This document shows, piece by piece, positions 14,401 to 28,240 of a stretch of DNA of 64,000 nt; position 1 is the first letter of the stretch, and each line of letters opens with the position of its first letter. The notes beneath the pieces are model-generated. The model saw only the letters and a list, made by a program, of their open reading frames with translations. It was not told where the DNA came from and ran no database searches. Position numbers and translations under genes: made by a program. Source of the stretch: Hormiphora californensis (taxonomy: Eukaryota; Animalia; Ctenophora); assembly GCA_020137815.1 (NCBI GenBank), contig CM035360.1:5518001-5582000 (forward strand). Direction: 5' to 3'.

Positions 14401-17400
14401 TCTATTAACTGCCTGGCCAATGCTCTGACCACAATCCACATTTCTCGTGCGCTCCGCATGCAGAACCTTATTTGAAGAAAATAAGAATAGGGTCAGGCTG
14501 ATGCTCTGACAGCCTATTAAAAGTTCTCAACATTCCAACATTTCCCTCGTTACGTCCTGAAACCCAACCCTTGCCTTATCTCACTCCGTGTTACATGTTG
14601 CAACCTTTGCAGCGTGTAGGTCGTAGGAGTGGGCTTTTTCCGGTTTTTTATTCTGAAATAAGACTGAAGACCGTGAATTATGAATTATCATACCATTTAA
14701 AACTATTTTTCAGTATAAGTTCTGGGACATCAAAGACATGATAATCCCTGGATTAGAATTCCAACAGCACCTCCCCCGAAACAACACAACTGTCTTTGAA
14801 CATCAGGAAACATACACAGTGACAGTGACCCAACAGTTCCTGAACTATGTCAATGATGGCTTGTTGGCCATTGAGGTATGGGGTCTAAAACTGGAGGAGG
14901 AGAGCGATATACCCAGGGCTGGGTCCATGATTGTGACTAATGCCACTGCACCGCTGTATGATCGATGGAGTGAAATGATGACGAGGCTTCAACTTTGGGT
15001 TGAGGTTAGTTGTGTTTTACACGTGCTGAAATTATTGGATAAGTAGATGTCCTGCCTTGCCCGACCCTGTTTTCCGCGCCCGCCCGGTAAAGGAGGGTTA
15101 GAACATATATCAATATAGTTGTCCTGCTTTCTCACAATTTCAAAAGTAATATAAATTGAGATCGTATTATTGGCGGAAAAGTGAACCAGACTTTATTTCT
15201 TATTTCTAATTTCTATTCCCAGCTCGCCTCTCTCTCGATATTAATAATCCATCCTCCTTCATTTCTCCATCAATCTCTTTCCTTTTCTCGGTTCTCTCTC
15301 TTTCGTTGAATGTGTATACAAGGAAGTCTTTTGCACTCTCTCACACGCAGACACACACATCTCTTGATGTGCATACATTGTGGGAGAGAGAGAGAGAAAA
15401 GACAAGGAGAGAGATTGAGAGAGGGATTGAGAGTGTCGTGTAGTCCTAAAAAAGGAAACCCCGATAGAAACATTAAGCACGATCTAGAACCTCCTTCAGT
15501 AGTTTGGAGCTGTAGAAGTAGGAGTTGTAGAAGGGGGTAGAGCCGAGAGAGTGGTGAAAGTTGAGGCAGGGAGAGAGAGCTAACTTCTCCCAAAATAGCT
15601 ACACACGTGTTCCCGCTCTCTCGAAGAGCTGCCCCTGGATCTGTGCCCAGCGGAAGTAAACTCTACCTTTGTCTCCCCTCGTTTCCAACTTTCTCTCTCT
15701 GCACTATTCTCTAAATTCTTTTATATTCTTGCTCTCTATTATCTGCTTACACAAAGTAGCACTATGTTTGAACTGTTTGTTTCGAACAAACATTTCACAC
15801 AAAAGAGCTGTTCAACTTCGCACTTCACACATTGTTGTTCAGCTTCACACACATTACATGTGGGATTTAGAAGAGCGATGATGATGATGCAGATGAGTAT
15901 CCGTTTTAAAAACACGAAAGTTAGAGTCTGCGTGATCATACGGATATCGCTCTAATAGCTCTGCAGGCTTTATAATGAGCAAACGAGAGTCAGATCATCT
16001 CAGATAGAGATAGCGAGAGAAGGAAAGATGGAGTGATAGATAGAGAGGTAGATGGAGAGATAGAGAAAGAATGTGAGAAGTAGATGGCGAGATGCCTAGA
16101 GATAAATGGATGTACAATAGCGAGAGAGCTAGAGATAGAGAGTACACCTCCAAAGGAACTTGACAGAGGTCTCGTTACATCCACCTCATTTCACTGCCAA
16201 CAATATCACAAGAAGAGTTGGGGACATGTCAGATGGGTTTTATGAGAGTTCTATCACCTGGGGAGTTATTTAACATGCCATCAAGTACAGATGTAAAGTC
16301 TTAGGATAGTTGTAAGGTTTCGACGATGAGGTGTCAGGTTGATCTACTGAACCCTCACAGAAATAAAATGCGGTGGGGGGGGGAGAGTCAGGCAACTACT
16401 ATATAGTAAACTATAACATCAGCATAAACATCAGTATAAATCAGTATTAAAAACTTTCCTTTCATTCAGGTACTAGAGATTAATGATAATGGGATATATT
16501 CTGCGGTTGAAGTTCAGCAGCGATCTGACATCAAAACAGGAGGAGTTTACCAGGTACAAACTACACAGGATAATATTTAAATTCATCTAGAATTTAAATT
16601 CATTCTTCATCTCACCAACTCAAGATTGGTTTCCTGGTTGCCATGGACCACTACATTTGATCGGAATCAATCGGTCATTTATCATTAACCGTATATATCT
16701 CCCCTATTTCAGCTCCGACAAGGTCTCTCCCGGCGCATCCTAGTCCGAGTCCTCCCCGTGGGGGCGGGAGGAAGTATCGCTTGTAAGAGTATCTCTGGTA
16801 TTAGTATTGGCAACATCACTACATCCAGTAGACACCAGGCTGCCCTGGATAGTTACCAGAATGAGGATCTGTTGAAATTGAGGTGTGCCTGGTCCGAGGC
16901 TCTGGAGACCGTACAGAATAGGATAGGTGCGTGTGTAACATGCTGTGTGTGTAATATGTGTTGTGTGTAACATGTGTTGTTGTGTAATGTGTAGTACTAA
17001 ATCAGTGAACTATTGTATTGAGCGCTATAAAATCTGTCTGTCTATCTGTCTGTCACAGGTCTCGAGTTTCTGAACTAATGCGTTTTGATTTTCTGAACTA
17101 ATTATCTGTACCAGGTGATCAGCTCCACAAGTTGACTGAGAAGGAAGTATTGTCCGATGCAGAGGAAGAGGAACGTGGCAAACTACTCGAGGAATGGATC
17201 AGGTAATGACGTCATAATGACGTCAACAAATATGAAGGCATGATTTATAGTAACTGACTGGCTTCATGTCGATCTCCCTTCATAGAAACTCTCTAAATAC
17301 TTTCTATCAACATATAACTGTCCTAATTTGGAAGTTTGCCCTGACGCGTTTCCAATCAAACACAGGTTACTAAGGGAACGAGATGCGGTTCTGATACCCA

Positions 17401-19353
17401 AGGAAAACTCGGGTGTACCAGGGGCCCGGGATACACGACCTGTACCACAAGGTAAGTTCACAATTCTGAGATCGCCCTACAGTAATCGATTATTTTCAGT
17501 TTGTCGATAAACTTCCAGCAACTTACTGTATTTTTATTATACTTTCCCAACTCTGTATCCCGTTTTAACTTTTACCCCATCGCTCTCTGCCAGGTATGGA
17601 GGTAAGGATACCGACACTGTTTGTAGATGTAAACGAGCAGCTGCGTCAGAACCCTAAACATCGCATAGTTATCGGGGAGAGGAGTAATTTGAGTGGCCAG
17701 GATGATGGACAGATGATTAAACTCTCCACGGTACATACAGACAAACAAACACGACATCATGTAACGGTACACACAGACAAACACAGTGACAAACATATAC
17801 ACGATATCATTTAACATTGCATTTGTTATAGAGAGGATACACAATTGCTGCAGCCTTTAGATGATGCACTATATTTATTTGATATTTGGTAAAAATGGTC
17901 GTTTTGGGAAAGTTATAAAACATTATTTTAGTGGTTCGGCTGCATAATATTCAGGATTTTTACTGTTTTTCTCTCTACCGTCTCGGCTCTCTCACTCTCT
18001 TTCTCGCCTCTCATTCCATCTCTCTATCACTCTTTTCCTCCTCCTTCTCTCTCCTCGCTACATATATTCATTTCAATCCCCAACTCTATCCCACCTAACC
18101 ATCACACTAAGTGATGTACACGTTCTACATACACTCTCCAACATCTTAGTTCCTTCTCTTACTCGACTCTTTAAATCCTCTCGCGGAATGTTAGGTACTT
18201 AAGATTTCGAATGCTTGAAGAGTACGTTGTTAAAATAATCAGATATATCACAGATGAGAGAAATCTGTACAATAATTACATTCATGCTAGAATTCGTACG
18301 TTCATATCGTACTCAACTCACGGCTCATGAATTATGATGTGATGGATCTCAGTCGGCTGTCCCCCACGGCCAACCCTTCCCAACACTTGTCCCGCCGACT
18401 ACCCGCATCCTTCCCAACCCTTGTCCCCACCCTTGTCAGTAACACCTGGACAGCTCCTTCCCAACCCTTGTCCCCATCCTTGTTAGTAACACCTGGACAG
18501 CTCCTTCCCCTCCCTTGTCCCCACCCTTGTTAGTAACACCTGAACAGCTCCTTCCCAACCCTTGTCCCCACCTTTGTTAGTAACACCTGGACAGCTCCTT
18601 CCCTTGTCCCCACCTTTGTTAGTAACACCTGGACAGCTCCTTCCCCTCCCTTGTCCCCACCTTTGTTAGTAACACCTGGACAGCTCCTTCCTCCGCAGGT
18701 TAAACACGATCAACACCGGGTCTGTGCCATTGCAGCCTGGGACAGTAGCACTCACGAATCGGAGAGTCCTCAATTGTCTGACCGAGCCTGAACAGAGAGG
18801 TAAGTTAACTTTACTTACTTTACTTACTTTACTTATTCTATTCAAAACCCTTTTCTAAAAAACAGAGAAAGGATCCTGGGACGAATGACGATCCCTCTCC
18901 ATTTACCGTAAACTGTAACGGGAGAGGGATCATTTCTCTGTTTTCCGACAAGAAAGGAAAGACGAAATGATATGTTTGTGTTTGTTTTCACTGCATTTGC
19001 CCATCTCACACTCCTTCTCTCTCAATCTATTTCCGCCTGATGCCTGCCGGCTATTTTAGTCCGGAATTTGACAGATCTCATAATTTCACCAACAGGCACA
19101 GATCTGTAATATCCGATTTGGATGATTTCCAAATTATTTAGACCAAATTATATATGTCCTGAGATCTGCCTAAGTATAACAAATCTACCCCCGCCCTTCA
19201 GGTGTACCTTATACTGAATGTTAGTGTCGATGTATCACTACCGTACGGTATGGAGATGGAACTGGTCCTTCGAAAACGGGTATGTAGAGAGAGAGGAAGG
19301 GAGAAACGGGGAGAGATATTGGACACACAGCTTCAGTAATGAACATTTTCCGA

Positions 19354-19390
<37 letters not shown>

Positions 19391-20416
19391 GTATAGACAG
19401 CAAAACTCATAAGAAAAACATCTGAAAAACAGTTCTGTAGTGTATCAAAAATACCCCTTTGCTGCAAATGCCATGCACACTTTCCTTTACACACAAACTT
19501 TTCTGCAACAAAATAACCTCAACAGAGCATTATAAGAGTATCAATAAGCAGTGTTTATGTCTAATAAAAACCCTCTTTTTACAACTATTCATGCAAGTAA
19601 TAAGCAGTGTTTATGTCTAATAAAAACCCTCTTTTTACAACTATTGATGCAAGTAATAAATTTTCCAGGTGTGTGTACGGGTTTACAAGAAGAAGAGTTT
19701 GCGGGACAGCATGAGAGGATTTATGCAGGACATCCCTAAAAGGTACTAAATACTGTCAGACCAATGCTCTTGTCCGCTCCCCTCTTTGAAAGAACTGAGA
19801 ATTATAGGGCCAGGACAATGCTCTGACAGTTATTACTGTGGTTATACTGAATATATGTACTATCTTTGGCAGAATCCTTGCTGACAGATTTCTATCCTTA
19901 GAATAATTACTTTCTCTTCTCTCTGACAATAATACTTTCTCTTCTCTCTCTCTGATATTCCTGGCATATTTCCAATTGTCATTCTTCCCTCAAATATATC
20001 TCATTTCCTCTGTCCAGATGTGGAGTAATGTATGAAGTCGTGACAGGGATACCACTTTTCTCACACTACAACATAGATTCACTCGGCAAAAGGTGAGACA
20101 CGCTTCCAACAAACCAGCCTGTGTATGTTTTATTAATCTGCCTAAATTCCTGAGTGGTCCTGAATAGGTTCCCCTAATTCCAATCTAAGTCTCCAGTATG
20201 TACAGGTTTTAATTTGAGCACTCTAAATACATCTCTCATTAGAATGAGACAGATCTATAATGCTTGCTTCATCTGCTTTGTATTACATCCTTCACACACA
20301 GGTCCTCTACACCAATCAAGGATACTCAAATAAACGAAGAAGGATGGGGAGGAAGAGAAATCCAGTTTCCAGAATTCCACCGAGAACACAATAAAATCAT
20401 CGAATGGACTGAGTGA
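3046..20416 (+). CDS. EF-hand / coiled-coil / C2-like / kinesin-3 (KIF13-like) stalk protein lacking motor and FHA domains, ~22 exons
   Basis: First exon has an EF-hand loop (DSDGDGQITRSD). Coiled-coil exons at 3291-4271 and 11890-13412 stay in phase across the 7.6-kb intron (CAAAG|gt ... ag|ATTG). Later exons read TVTVTQQFLNYVNDGLLAIEVWG, RWSEMMTRLQLWVE|VLEINDNG..VEV..TGGVYQ|LRQGLSRRI, LDSYQNEDLLKLR..W, ERDAVLIPKENSGVPGA, AAWDSSTHES, LVLRKR|VCVRVY and CGVMYEVV, which are KIF13/KIF1 tail (DUF3694-region) motifs. Stop TGA at ~20414-20416. Confidence 0.8.
5110..10536 (-). CDS. Helitron Rep-Pif1 helicase (RepHel), 3 exons, ~1695 aa
   Basis: Exons 10536-8793, 8680-8523 and 8295-5110 join in frame through GT-AG introns (PH|GEQGW; DHQ|VRIEAGRL). 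HUH Rep motifs FITFTCNP, VIEFQKRGLPHTH and KYLFKYLHKG. Pif1 motifs ASGGCGKT, IDEASM, GDFRQTLP, TINKSQG and HGQLYVAFSR. N-terminal CxxCGA...CC zinc-finger-like motif. Confidence 0.95.
8390..8470. repeat. (GA)n microsatellite in Helitron intron 2
   Basis: Direct reading of the sequence. Confidence 0.95.
10921..11855. mobile_element. Non-autonomous TIR element with 8-bp TSD (hAT-like)
   Basis: TIRs CCCAGTGTCAA (10921) and TTGACACTGGG (ending 11855). Exact 8-bp direct repeat AGCACTCA on both sides (10913-10920, 11856-11863). Internal GGCATTATT / AATAATGCC subterminal motifs. No transposase. Confidence 0.85.
18370..18692. repeat. Intronic minisatellite, ~43-48-bp unit, ~6 copies
   Basis: Unit CCCTTGTCCCCACCTTTGTTAGTAACACCTGGACAGCTCCTTC repeats up to the 3' splice site at 18698. 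Confidence 0.9.
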
Positions 20417-21444
20417 TAATGACGATTCAATAGATCCTATAGTTACAGGATAGGGGGACTTGATTTTACGTAGAAAATAGGGGTGTTAGAAAATATGAAA
20501 GTTAAAAAAAGATAAATCGTGTATCAGACATATGTTTTGTTTTTACCTTGTATGTATTTGTTCTTAGAAAGTGTGTGAGTGTGTTTCAAAAACAACAACG
20601 GGCTAAAATATCTTTTTAGATGATATTGATAGAGATCAACTGTGATATTATGTATGTGCGTGATATATGCGAGTGTTTTTTGTATCATATATAACTTTTT
20701 AATCTACTGATAATGATGATGATAAGATCTGTGCTGAAAGAAATATCGTGTTTATGCCTTCTCCCCCTCACTTGGCACAAAACAATGAACTCGCATTGAG
20801 CATTCTCTAGGGCGATGAGAGTTCGGTGGTTATGTGTCGGAACTCAAGTTGTATATGGGGAGTTTGACCAAAGACGTACGGCGCGACGAGGTTTTTGTGA
20901 TATGACACGTTAGCGCAACACTCGCAGCGCGCACGGATTTGGCACGCGCAAAAATCAATCCGCGCGAGTGTCGATTTTATCGCGCGGGTTGTTATTTGCG
21001 CGTGTTATTTGTTGCGCATTGTGAAGGACTGACAATTGTGTGGTTTGTACACAGTTGACAAATTCAGCGCGCGATGAACCTGGATATTTGTTGTTTTGAT
21101 GTTCTAATTTTGGAACTTGGAATCTTCAACTACACGGAGATACAGGGCGGACAAAGCCAATTAAAACAGTTGAAACGACATTGAAATATGCACTTTAGTC
21201 AATAAAAACATCCCAAAATAGTGTCTCTATCTCTCTCTCTTGGCTGGTGACTGTCTCTCTGTATTATCATCGGATCGTGTCAGGTGTTTTCCCATTTCAC
21301 TGCCACACATTCACCAGCTATAGTCACAATGTGATGCCTGCAGGAGAGAATGGGAGTTAGGAAAACATATTTCCAAGGTGAAGAAAGGCTAGAATGTGCA
21401 GTTGGGAAAACTTTGAAAGCCAATAGGCCAACAGATGGAGGGAG

Positions 21445-21474
21445 AGAGAGAAAGGGAGAGACATACTGAGAGAA

Positions 21475-21573
<99 letters not shown>

Positions 21574-22307
21574 GTAATTACCTTCGAACAGTGGAGTGTG
21601 TGTAGGAGTGTCCAAGAATAGAACACACAGACCCGGATATCTTTCAGCCTCTCTCAATAACTTCCAACACTCTGAAGGAAGGAAGAAGTGGTTAAAACAG
21701 GTCTCTGTGGGTATTAGGTCTCCCCCTCTTTCTTTCTTTCCTTGTTGGCCTAAATCTCTCTCTATTGGTATAAAACTATCTCTGTTCATCCAGCCACCCT
21801 CTCTGTTTCTCAGCAGTACATGCTTGCGTGGCTGCTGATAGGCGATAGCAAGCAACGGTATTAGCTATAAACTACCTCTCTACTCAGCTATCCATCCTAC
21901 CTCTACTATTTCCTAATTGTTACCGCATCTATCTCTCTCTCTTTCTCTCTCTACTATCTGTTATCATCTTTCTCTCTTTCACAAGCAAGCTATCTCACTT
22001 CTGTGTGTGTGTTGGCCAGTCAAGTGTTTGTTTATCAGAGTGGCCCCCAGCTAACTGCCACACTCACACTCATGATCTCACACACTGTTCTCTCAACCCT
22101 ACAGCTCACAATACACTGCCATCTCCTCTCATCTAATTATCCTATGTCTCTCACTTCCTCTCTCTCCTAATTATCCTATGTCTCTCACTTCCTCTCTCTC
22201 CTATTTTATCTCATTTCTCTTACTTCCCCATTTCTATCTGCCCTCTAGCAAGTTCAAACATGTCTCTCACTCCCCCTCTCTCTCCTATTTTATCTCATGT
22301 TTCTCTC

Positions 22308-22399
<92 letters not shown>

Positions 22400-22540
22400 A
22401 TTTTATCTCATGTTTCTCTCTTCCCCATCTTGATAATCTTATTACCTTTCACAGAGAGAGAGAGCTGGATTCTGGAAAGTGTCTCAAGTTACAGCACACC
22501 AAGATGTCACAGGTCACTGTCAGCAGTGTGTGTAGTAGAG

Positions 22541-22602
<62 letters not shown>

Positions 22603-22615
22603 GAGAGAGAGTTGA
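21445..22615. repeat. Cluster of (GA)n/(CT)n microsatellites
   Basis: Tracts at ~21445-21570, ~22310-22395 and ~22545-22610. They explain the SLSLSL/ERERER ORFs in the track. Confidence 0.95.
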
Positions 22616-24345
22616 GAGAGATCTTGAGTACCGGCCTCAATTCACTGTTTTTATCTCCCTGCTTGAAAAGGGTTAAACACACGCCACACGGACTGACACA
22701 CAGGAAGGACAGGCAAAGATTCTAGAAAAAACTGACAGAGAGACTCCAGGGAGTGATAATGAGAGAGATGTACAGACGAACACAGAGAGACAGGTGTTGT
22801 GCTAATAGAAGAATAGAATTAGCACACGTTGCATTACACTCACACTGACGGGACAGAATATCTGTCAGATTCACAAACATGGAACAGGTGGTGTCACATT
22901 GTGACGTCACACAGGTGTTGGACAAAAAAGAAGGAAGAGAGATACAAGAAACATAGAGACAGGGGAGGAATATAGACGTCACATTATGATGGTTTTAGAA
23001 CACGAGGGATATATTAGATCATTAGGAGTGGTTGGTATGGTTACGAATCATTAGAACGGCGGGATGAGGTCATGCATGATAATTGTCACAAGAGTAGGAG
23101 GCAGTTAAAAAAGCAAAAATAAAGAGCATGTAAAAACTAGTAAAAAGTACTAAAACGCTACTTTGAATTCTTGATTTAATTCTTTTACATTCCAAGTGAA
23201 AAACACAAGGTTTGTAAAAAAATGTCCCACCACATTCCCACAGGCACGGTAGTCCTGCACACCAAGAATCCAGAGTAGGTTTGAAAAGGTGTGAAGAAAA
23301 TAAAGCTCCTTCGTATGTCGAGAGGTTCCTGTGTCCCAGTATGGGACCGGACCCTTCACTCGAAACTCGGGGGCGAAAGTTATAAAATGTGGGGGTGTGA
23401 AGAGTACTCAAGCTTCGTCGCGGCGACGGTGCAGTTGGGTAGACGAGGAGGATGGCTACTTTTTGGCGAATCGACGGCGTATCGACGGAGGTGGTTTGTC
23501 CATTGCATATATCGTGTTCATAGTGCAGTGCCTTAAACAAATTGGGGGTAAACACTGACAAACAGGGGATTTGTGCGGAGGCCATGGAGAGATAGAGCCA
23601 GAGAGGAGAGATGGGGAGGAGGAGAAGTGTCCTACTTGGGTGGTAAAGTTGGTGAAGGTTGTAGAAGATCGCTGCGATGTGCGATGAAGGAAGGAGGGAC
23701 ACACACACGAACAGTCGGGTAGTTGTAGTAGGGGAGGAGGAGGAGGGGTCTGGCTGTATTCAGTCTCTTTTATCATTTCTTTCTCACTTCTTCTTCTTCT
23801 TCTTCGGGGGCGAGAGAGAAAAAGAGAGAGAAAGATGAGGAAACCCGGCATTATATCTCATCATCACCAACAAACCAACACGCATCTTTCTCAGTTGCCG
23901 CGACGAACGGAGGGGAGGTGTGATGATGTTGAGAAATATCTGGGCTCCAGAACACAGAGGGAGATAGTGGTAGAGATATAGAGGTATAATTGGAACACAG
24001 TAACAAGGCAGGGTGGGGTGCGATGGCAGCCGGGGGACCCTCTGGTGACATGCTGCAGGCTGCCGCTACTCGTCACGATCCCCCTCATGCATGCACCACC
24101 ACGGGGGAGGGATGAAGGAAGAGAGAGCATGTACAGAGAGAGTCTTATCATCATCATTATCACACACACAAACATAGTTATCATCAATTTAGTTCACAGT
24201 TCAACTTATACTACTACTTTACTCCTAATCTACAATTAAACCACTTTTATCAATTTGACGTTGCGAGTTCCCAGATATTTATAAAATCAAACAGTAACAG
24301 TGTGCGTGCGTTTCATCCCTAGGCTGGAAAATAGAAGGGGGGTTT

Positions 24346-27300
24346 GCCGAGAGCGCTCAGCTTGAGAAACTATGATAAAGTCGAGAACACTCGACGAAAC
24401 AGCAATCCTTTTCCCGATATTTGATAACCGAAAAGTGGCCACAATTATAACGATAGCATTTGATTTACACCAAGATCTTTAAACCTTCCCTCTCATCCTC
24501 CTGCTACAATCCCTCCCTGTCCCTTCTCTACACTACCTTCACACATAAAGAGGCCTTCTACAATTAAATATGAAGCCATTGAAATCAAGCACAGATAGTT
24601 CGACATAAAGGGCACGATGAACGCAGCTAGGGCTTAAATCACAATTTGGCCAGCTCAGAAGTCTCTCTTTCGCACGCTCACTTCACGGAATAGCATCTTG
24701 CTGCCGTACTACTCATATCGACCGGACTATATAGGGAATATATTTATATTATACCTGGTCTAAATGTCTACTAAGTTCTAATGGTGTCGAGAGGATACTC
24801 AACTAAAGGGTTTTGCCCCGGGTTTTGTGAAGTACCAAGACAAGCTTGGTTGCCGAGGGCACTCAGCTAGATACTTTATAAATTGTCGAGAGTGCTCGAC
24901 TACGACACTTCCGGAATATTAGAGGTGACCCCTTTTCTTGTTGAGGACACTCAACTAAACAGCTTCACAGACTGGTGAATCGCCCTTTTCAGCCCTTCTC
25001 AGGGTACCCCGGGCTGCACCTTTGAAGTACAGGTAGAACTACAGAATAGGTTGTCAGAACAGGATTTCATTAGGTCAGTAGGTTGGAGTAAACGGAGAGG
25101 GGTTCAGAAGGGTTTTCAGAAGGTTTATTTCAGAAATATCATCCCAGTGAAGGGTTACAGGAATTGGTCAGTACATCAAGCAGAAATTGCCGAGAACACT
25201 CAGCCATCGGGGAGTTGAGATTGCTCAACTTTGTAGAATATTGAGAACACTCAACTCAGTTCCCATGGAGGTAATTCCTCCGGTGTATTGGGAACAAATT
25301 TGTATGGATTGTTGAGAATACTCAACTGTTTAACTTGGTTGAGAACACTCAACTACCTCAGGCTTTCTGAGGGGTTTTAGCCCTTTTCTCGCGATCCCCT
25401 GAGTAGGGATCGGGAGTGCGTTGCTAGGATACTGAGAACACTCAGATAACTTATACCAGAACAGATACTATCTACCTTGGGGCCCAGTAGCAGTCTCATC
25501 GACATTGCCAGCTGGGTTATTGAGAATTCTCAACAATTTGATCTTGTACTGGATATTTGTCGAGAACACTCAACGCCATAGAACTGGCCAGAAACCTTTT
25601 TCCCGATTCTTTCGGCATTTGCCCTGAAAGAAGCTGGACTGTTGAGAGCACTCAACGAAGGATCAATAGAAATTTGGTCGAGAACACTCGCCTCGAGAAC
25701 ACTGCCACTGGCAGTGTTGCTCTGATTTTTCTTCGGTTGAGAATGCTCAACTATGGAACTTTTACGGAGTAATTCTCCAAATCTCCAAATCTCTCAGTGA
25801 GGAACACTCACCCTAGCACAAGCCGCTGGCTAAACACTAGAAACCTTTAAATCGAGAACACTCGACTAAATTCCTTAGCATTCTGTTCCAAGCTTGGAAC
25901 GAATCTGGTTGAGAATACTCAACTATTTTTGGTCCTTTTGGGATATAGCGCCAGTGCTGTGCATGTTGCGCTGTAGGGTGCTGCGTGTCCTCCAATGGTG
26001 GACAAGAAGAGAGATAGAGATAAAAGAAAGCGGAGATCGACGCCGTCGCAGCACGGGCCGATGAAATACCGCGATCAATTGCAGGCTGTTACCGTTGGGC
26101 GCTTGTCGCTGACAAGTTTTGAATTTGAAAGACCAGCCAATTCAAGTTTACCAACTTCCAGAGCCATACGTTCCGTTTGTAGGTCAATGGTGTAACTCTC
26201 TTCGATGTAGTGCGTGGACTCGGTGGCCAACAACACACTGAATGTAAACACCTAGCCTGTTTGTAAATCCCCGCTGGGATTACTAACATGTGACACATAT
26301 ATTGTAAGGTAGCCCGCCTGTGGCAGGCTGTGTCAAAATTGTTCATGGTTGTAAGGCTGTCAGGGTTTGAATTTGTTTTAGTCCGTTTTGCAATGTCCAT
26401 TTCGAAGCCATAAGACCCAGGGAAAGATGAAGACGACCAAGGACCGATCCAATATTCCACTTGCAATGTGCTACCGTAGTTGGCGAGAGGGGTAACCCGC
26501 CGGTTTCACATGATTGGCACGCGTTTCCAAGGCCACGTAATGGCACATCGCCAGCAAAGAATGACCGCATTTCATGCATGGCCGGGAACAGCAAGATGTT
26601 CAACGCAGCAGGTAAGACGGGATAAATTATTCTTCAGCGTAACACGTTGGGCCCAAAGCGACAATCGGGGTTCGCTCGAAATACACAAATCGGAAACACG
26701 GAAGTCCGTTATAAGCGGCGCAAAATCGTTGGGCTGTAGTTCCTATGAATGACATGCCAGGCAGCAGTTGATGTCGAGAACACTCGACTTTGTTTGGGGG
26801 AATAGATGTTTGTTGAGAGCACTCAACTAATAGGGTCCTTTTGTTTGGTATCAGGGGTTTGTATCTTCGAGCATTCTGCCGATGCTAGCCTTTCTGGGTA
26901 CCCCGATAAATCTGCGAGAGTAGTGCTGACACGTCTTCGAATTCAGTGTACTATCATGGTGAACGGTTACACATCCATTAGGGCTGACATGTACACACGT
27001 GCCGAGAGAGAGAGATAGAGAGGAGCTGATAATCCTAAAGGGGTGAAGATCAGCGTTGTGAGGGTATGTGTGAGAGAGAGAGTAATGCAAAGTGTGAGAT
27101 GTCATACCACGATATACCGTATACCAAAGAGGATGTGTTTCTGCTCCAAATTGTGCTTGTCCTCCATTTATGGGCTCGGGGGCCTAGTGTGCAACGGGAA
27201 TTTCCTGACGGTTATACCTCACTCTCTGTGGACCAACAGGACATTACATCAAACAATCGCTCTCTCATCACTTCTACCAGCAGGAATTGCTGAAACCCTG

Positions 27301-28240
27301 AAACAGCAACAGGGCTGACATCTCTCTCACAACTATTTAGTTAGTAACGGGAGTTTGCAGATACCAATACAATTATTCCACGGACACCACTTGTAATACT
27401 ATAACTGTGTGTAGTCAGAGATCTGAACATCACCATAAACCACGGACGGAGAGAGATCCATAAACACAGGACGGGGGGACATCACTATCTCTCTTGCTCT
27501 CACCATAACACCAGGGGGGACGGGACGACGTCTGTGCTGCCGAGAGTTCTCAGCTAATAGTAAAATAGAAGGGGTTGTCGGGAGCGCCCGACTGACTTGT
27601 GACCTTTTCAACGGAACCCTTGAGTAACACCGCGTGCAAACATACACATGGGGGCAGTCAACTAACGATCTCTCTCCCCACCACTGGACTACGACCTGGG
27701 ACGAGGGACAACAGGTATGTACATCTCTCTCCCGATATATTATCTCCCCGTGCGATCCACAGATCCTACATGAAGATGTTCACCTCTCTGGGCAGTGAAG
27801 GGGGTGTTGAGAGCGCTCAACTGGTTTGTGGGTTAGAAGATATATGAAGGTGTTGAGAACGCTCAACTAATATCCAACCTTTGCTAGTCGGTCTCTAACT
27901 TTAACCCCTCTTATCTCGTGCGATGTTGGTGCGATGCTTCCTCTTACATGGCGTTATCTTATCTCCCTAGCTCCCTCCTTCTCCAGATACTCCCCAAGTT
28001 TTGTGATGTTGAGAACTCTCAACTAATAAATTTGGTTTTAAAGTTTTGTCGAGAACACTCAACTGTCGTGGACCCTTTTCTTTTTTTTTCTTTCTCTCTT
28101 CCTTCTCCCCTCTTAGTAGCTAGATACATCTCTCTGTCAACCCGTCGCGTTATTATCTTCTGTCGAGAACGCTCGACTTAATTTTATAGATTTATAGAGG
28201 GCGTTGAGAACACTCAACTTGGATTGGGGGCCTTTTCTTT
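24346..28240 (-). other. Hairpin-motif block 1: ~30 copies of a 6-bp stem/4-nt loop element (minus-strand consensus GYYGAG-NRYY-CTCRRC), many linked to an upstream (G)AAAAG|G
   Basis: Copies at about 24346, 24380, 24786, 24852, 24885, 24940, 25189, 25214, 25240, 25311, 25338, 25431, 25519, 25559, 25641, 25677, 25736, 25796, 25851, 25908, 26773, 26812, 27538, 27577, 27806, 27852, 28008, 28048, 28162 and 28203. Flanks are non-homologous. Function is inferred, not shown. Confidence 0.85.

Noticed and set aside
21074-21184. 36-codon plus-strand ORF followed by AATAAA after a CpG-rich patch
   Set aside because: Too short and without homology evidence.
21280-22725. ORFs rich in SLSLSL / ERERER
   Set aside because: Translations of (CT)n/(GA)n microsatellites.
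23070-24187. Overlapping minus-strand ORFs of 66-212 aa
   Set aside because: No recognisable domain, non-ATG starts or low-complexity content. Could be terminal exons of the minus-strand locus, but unsupported.
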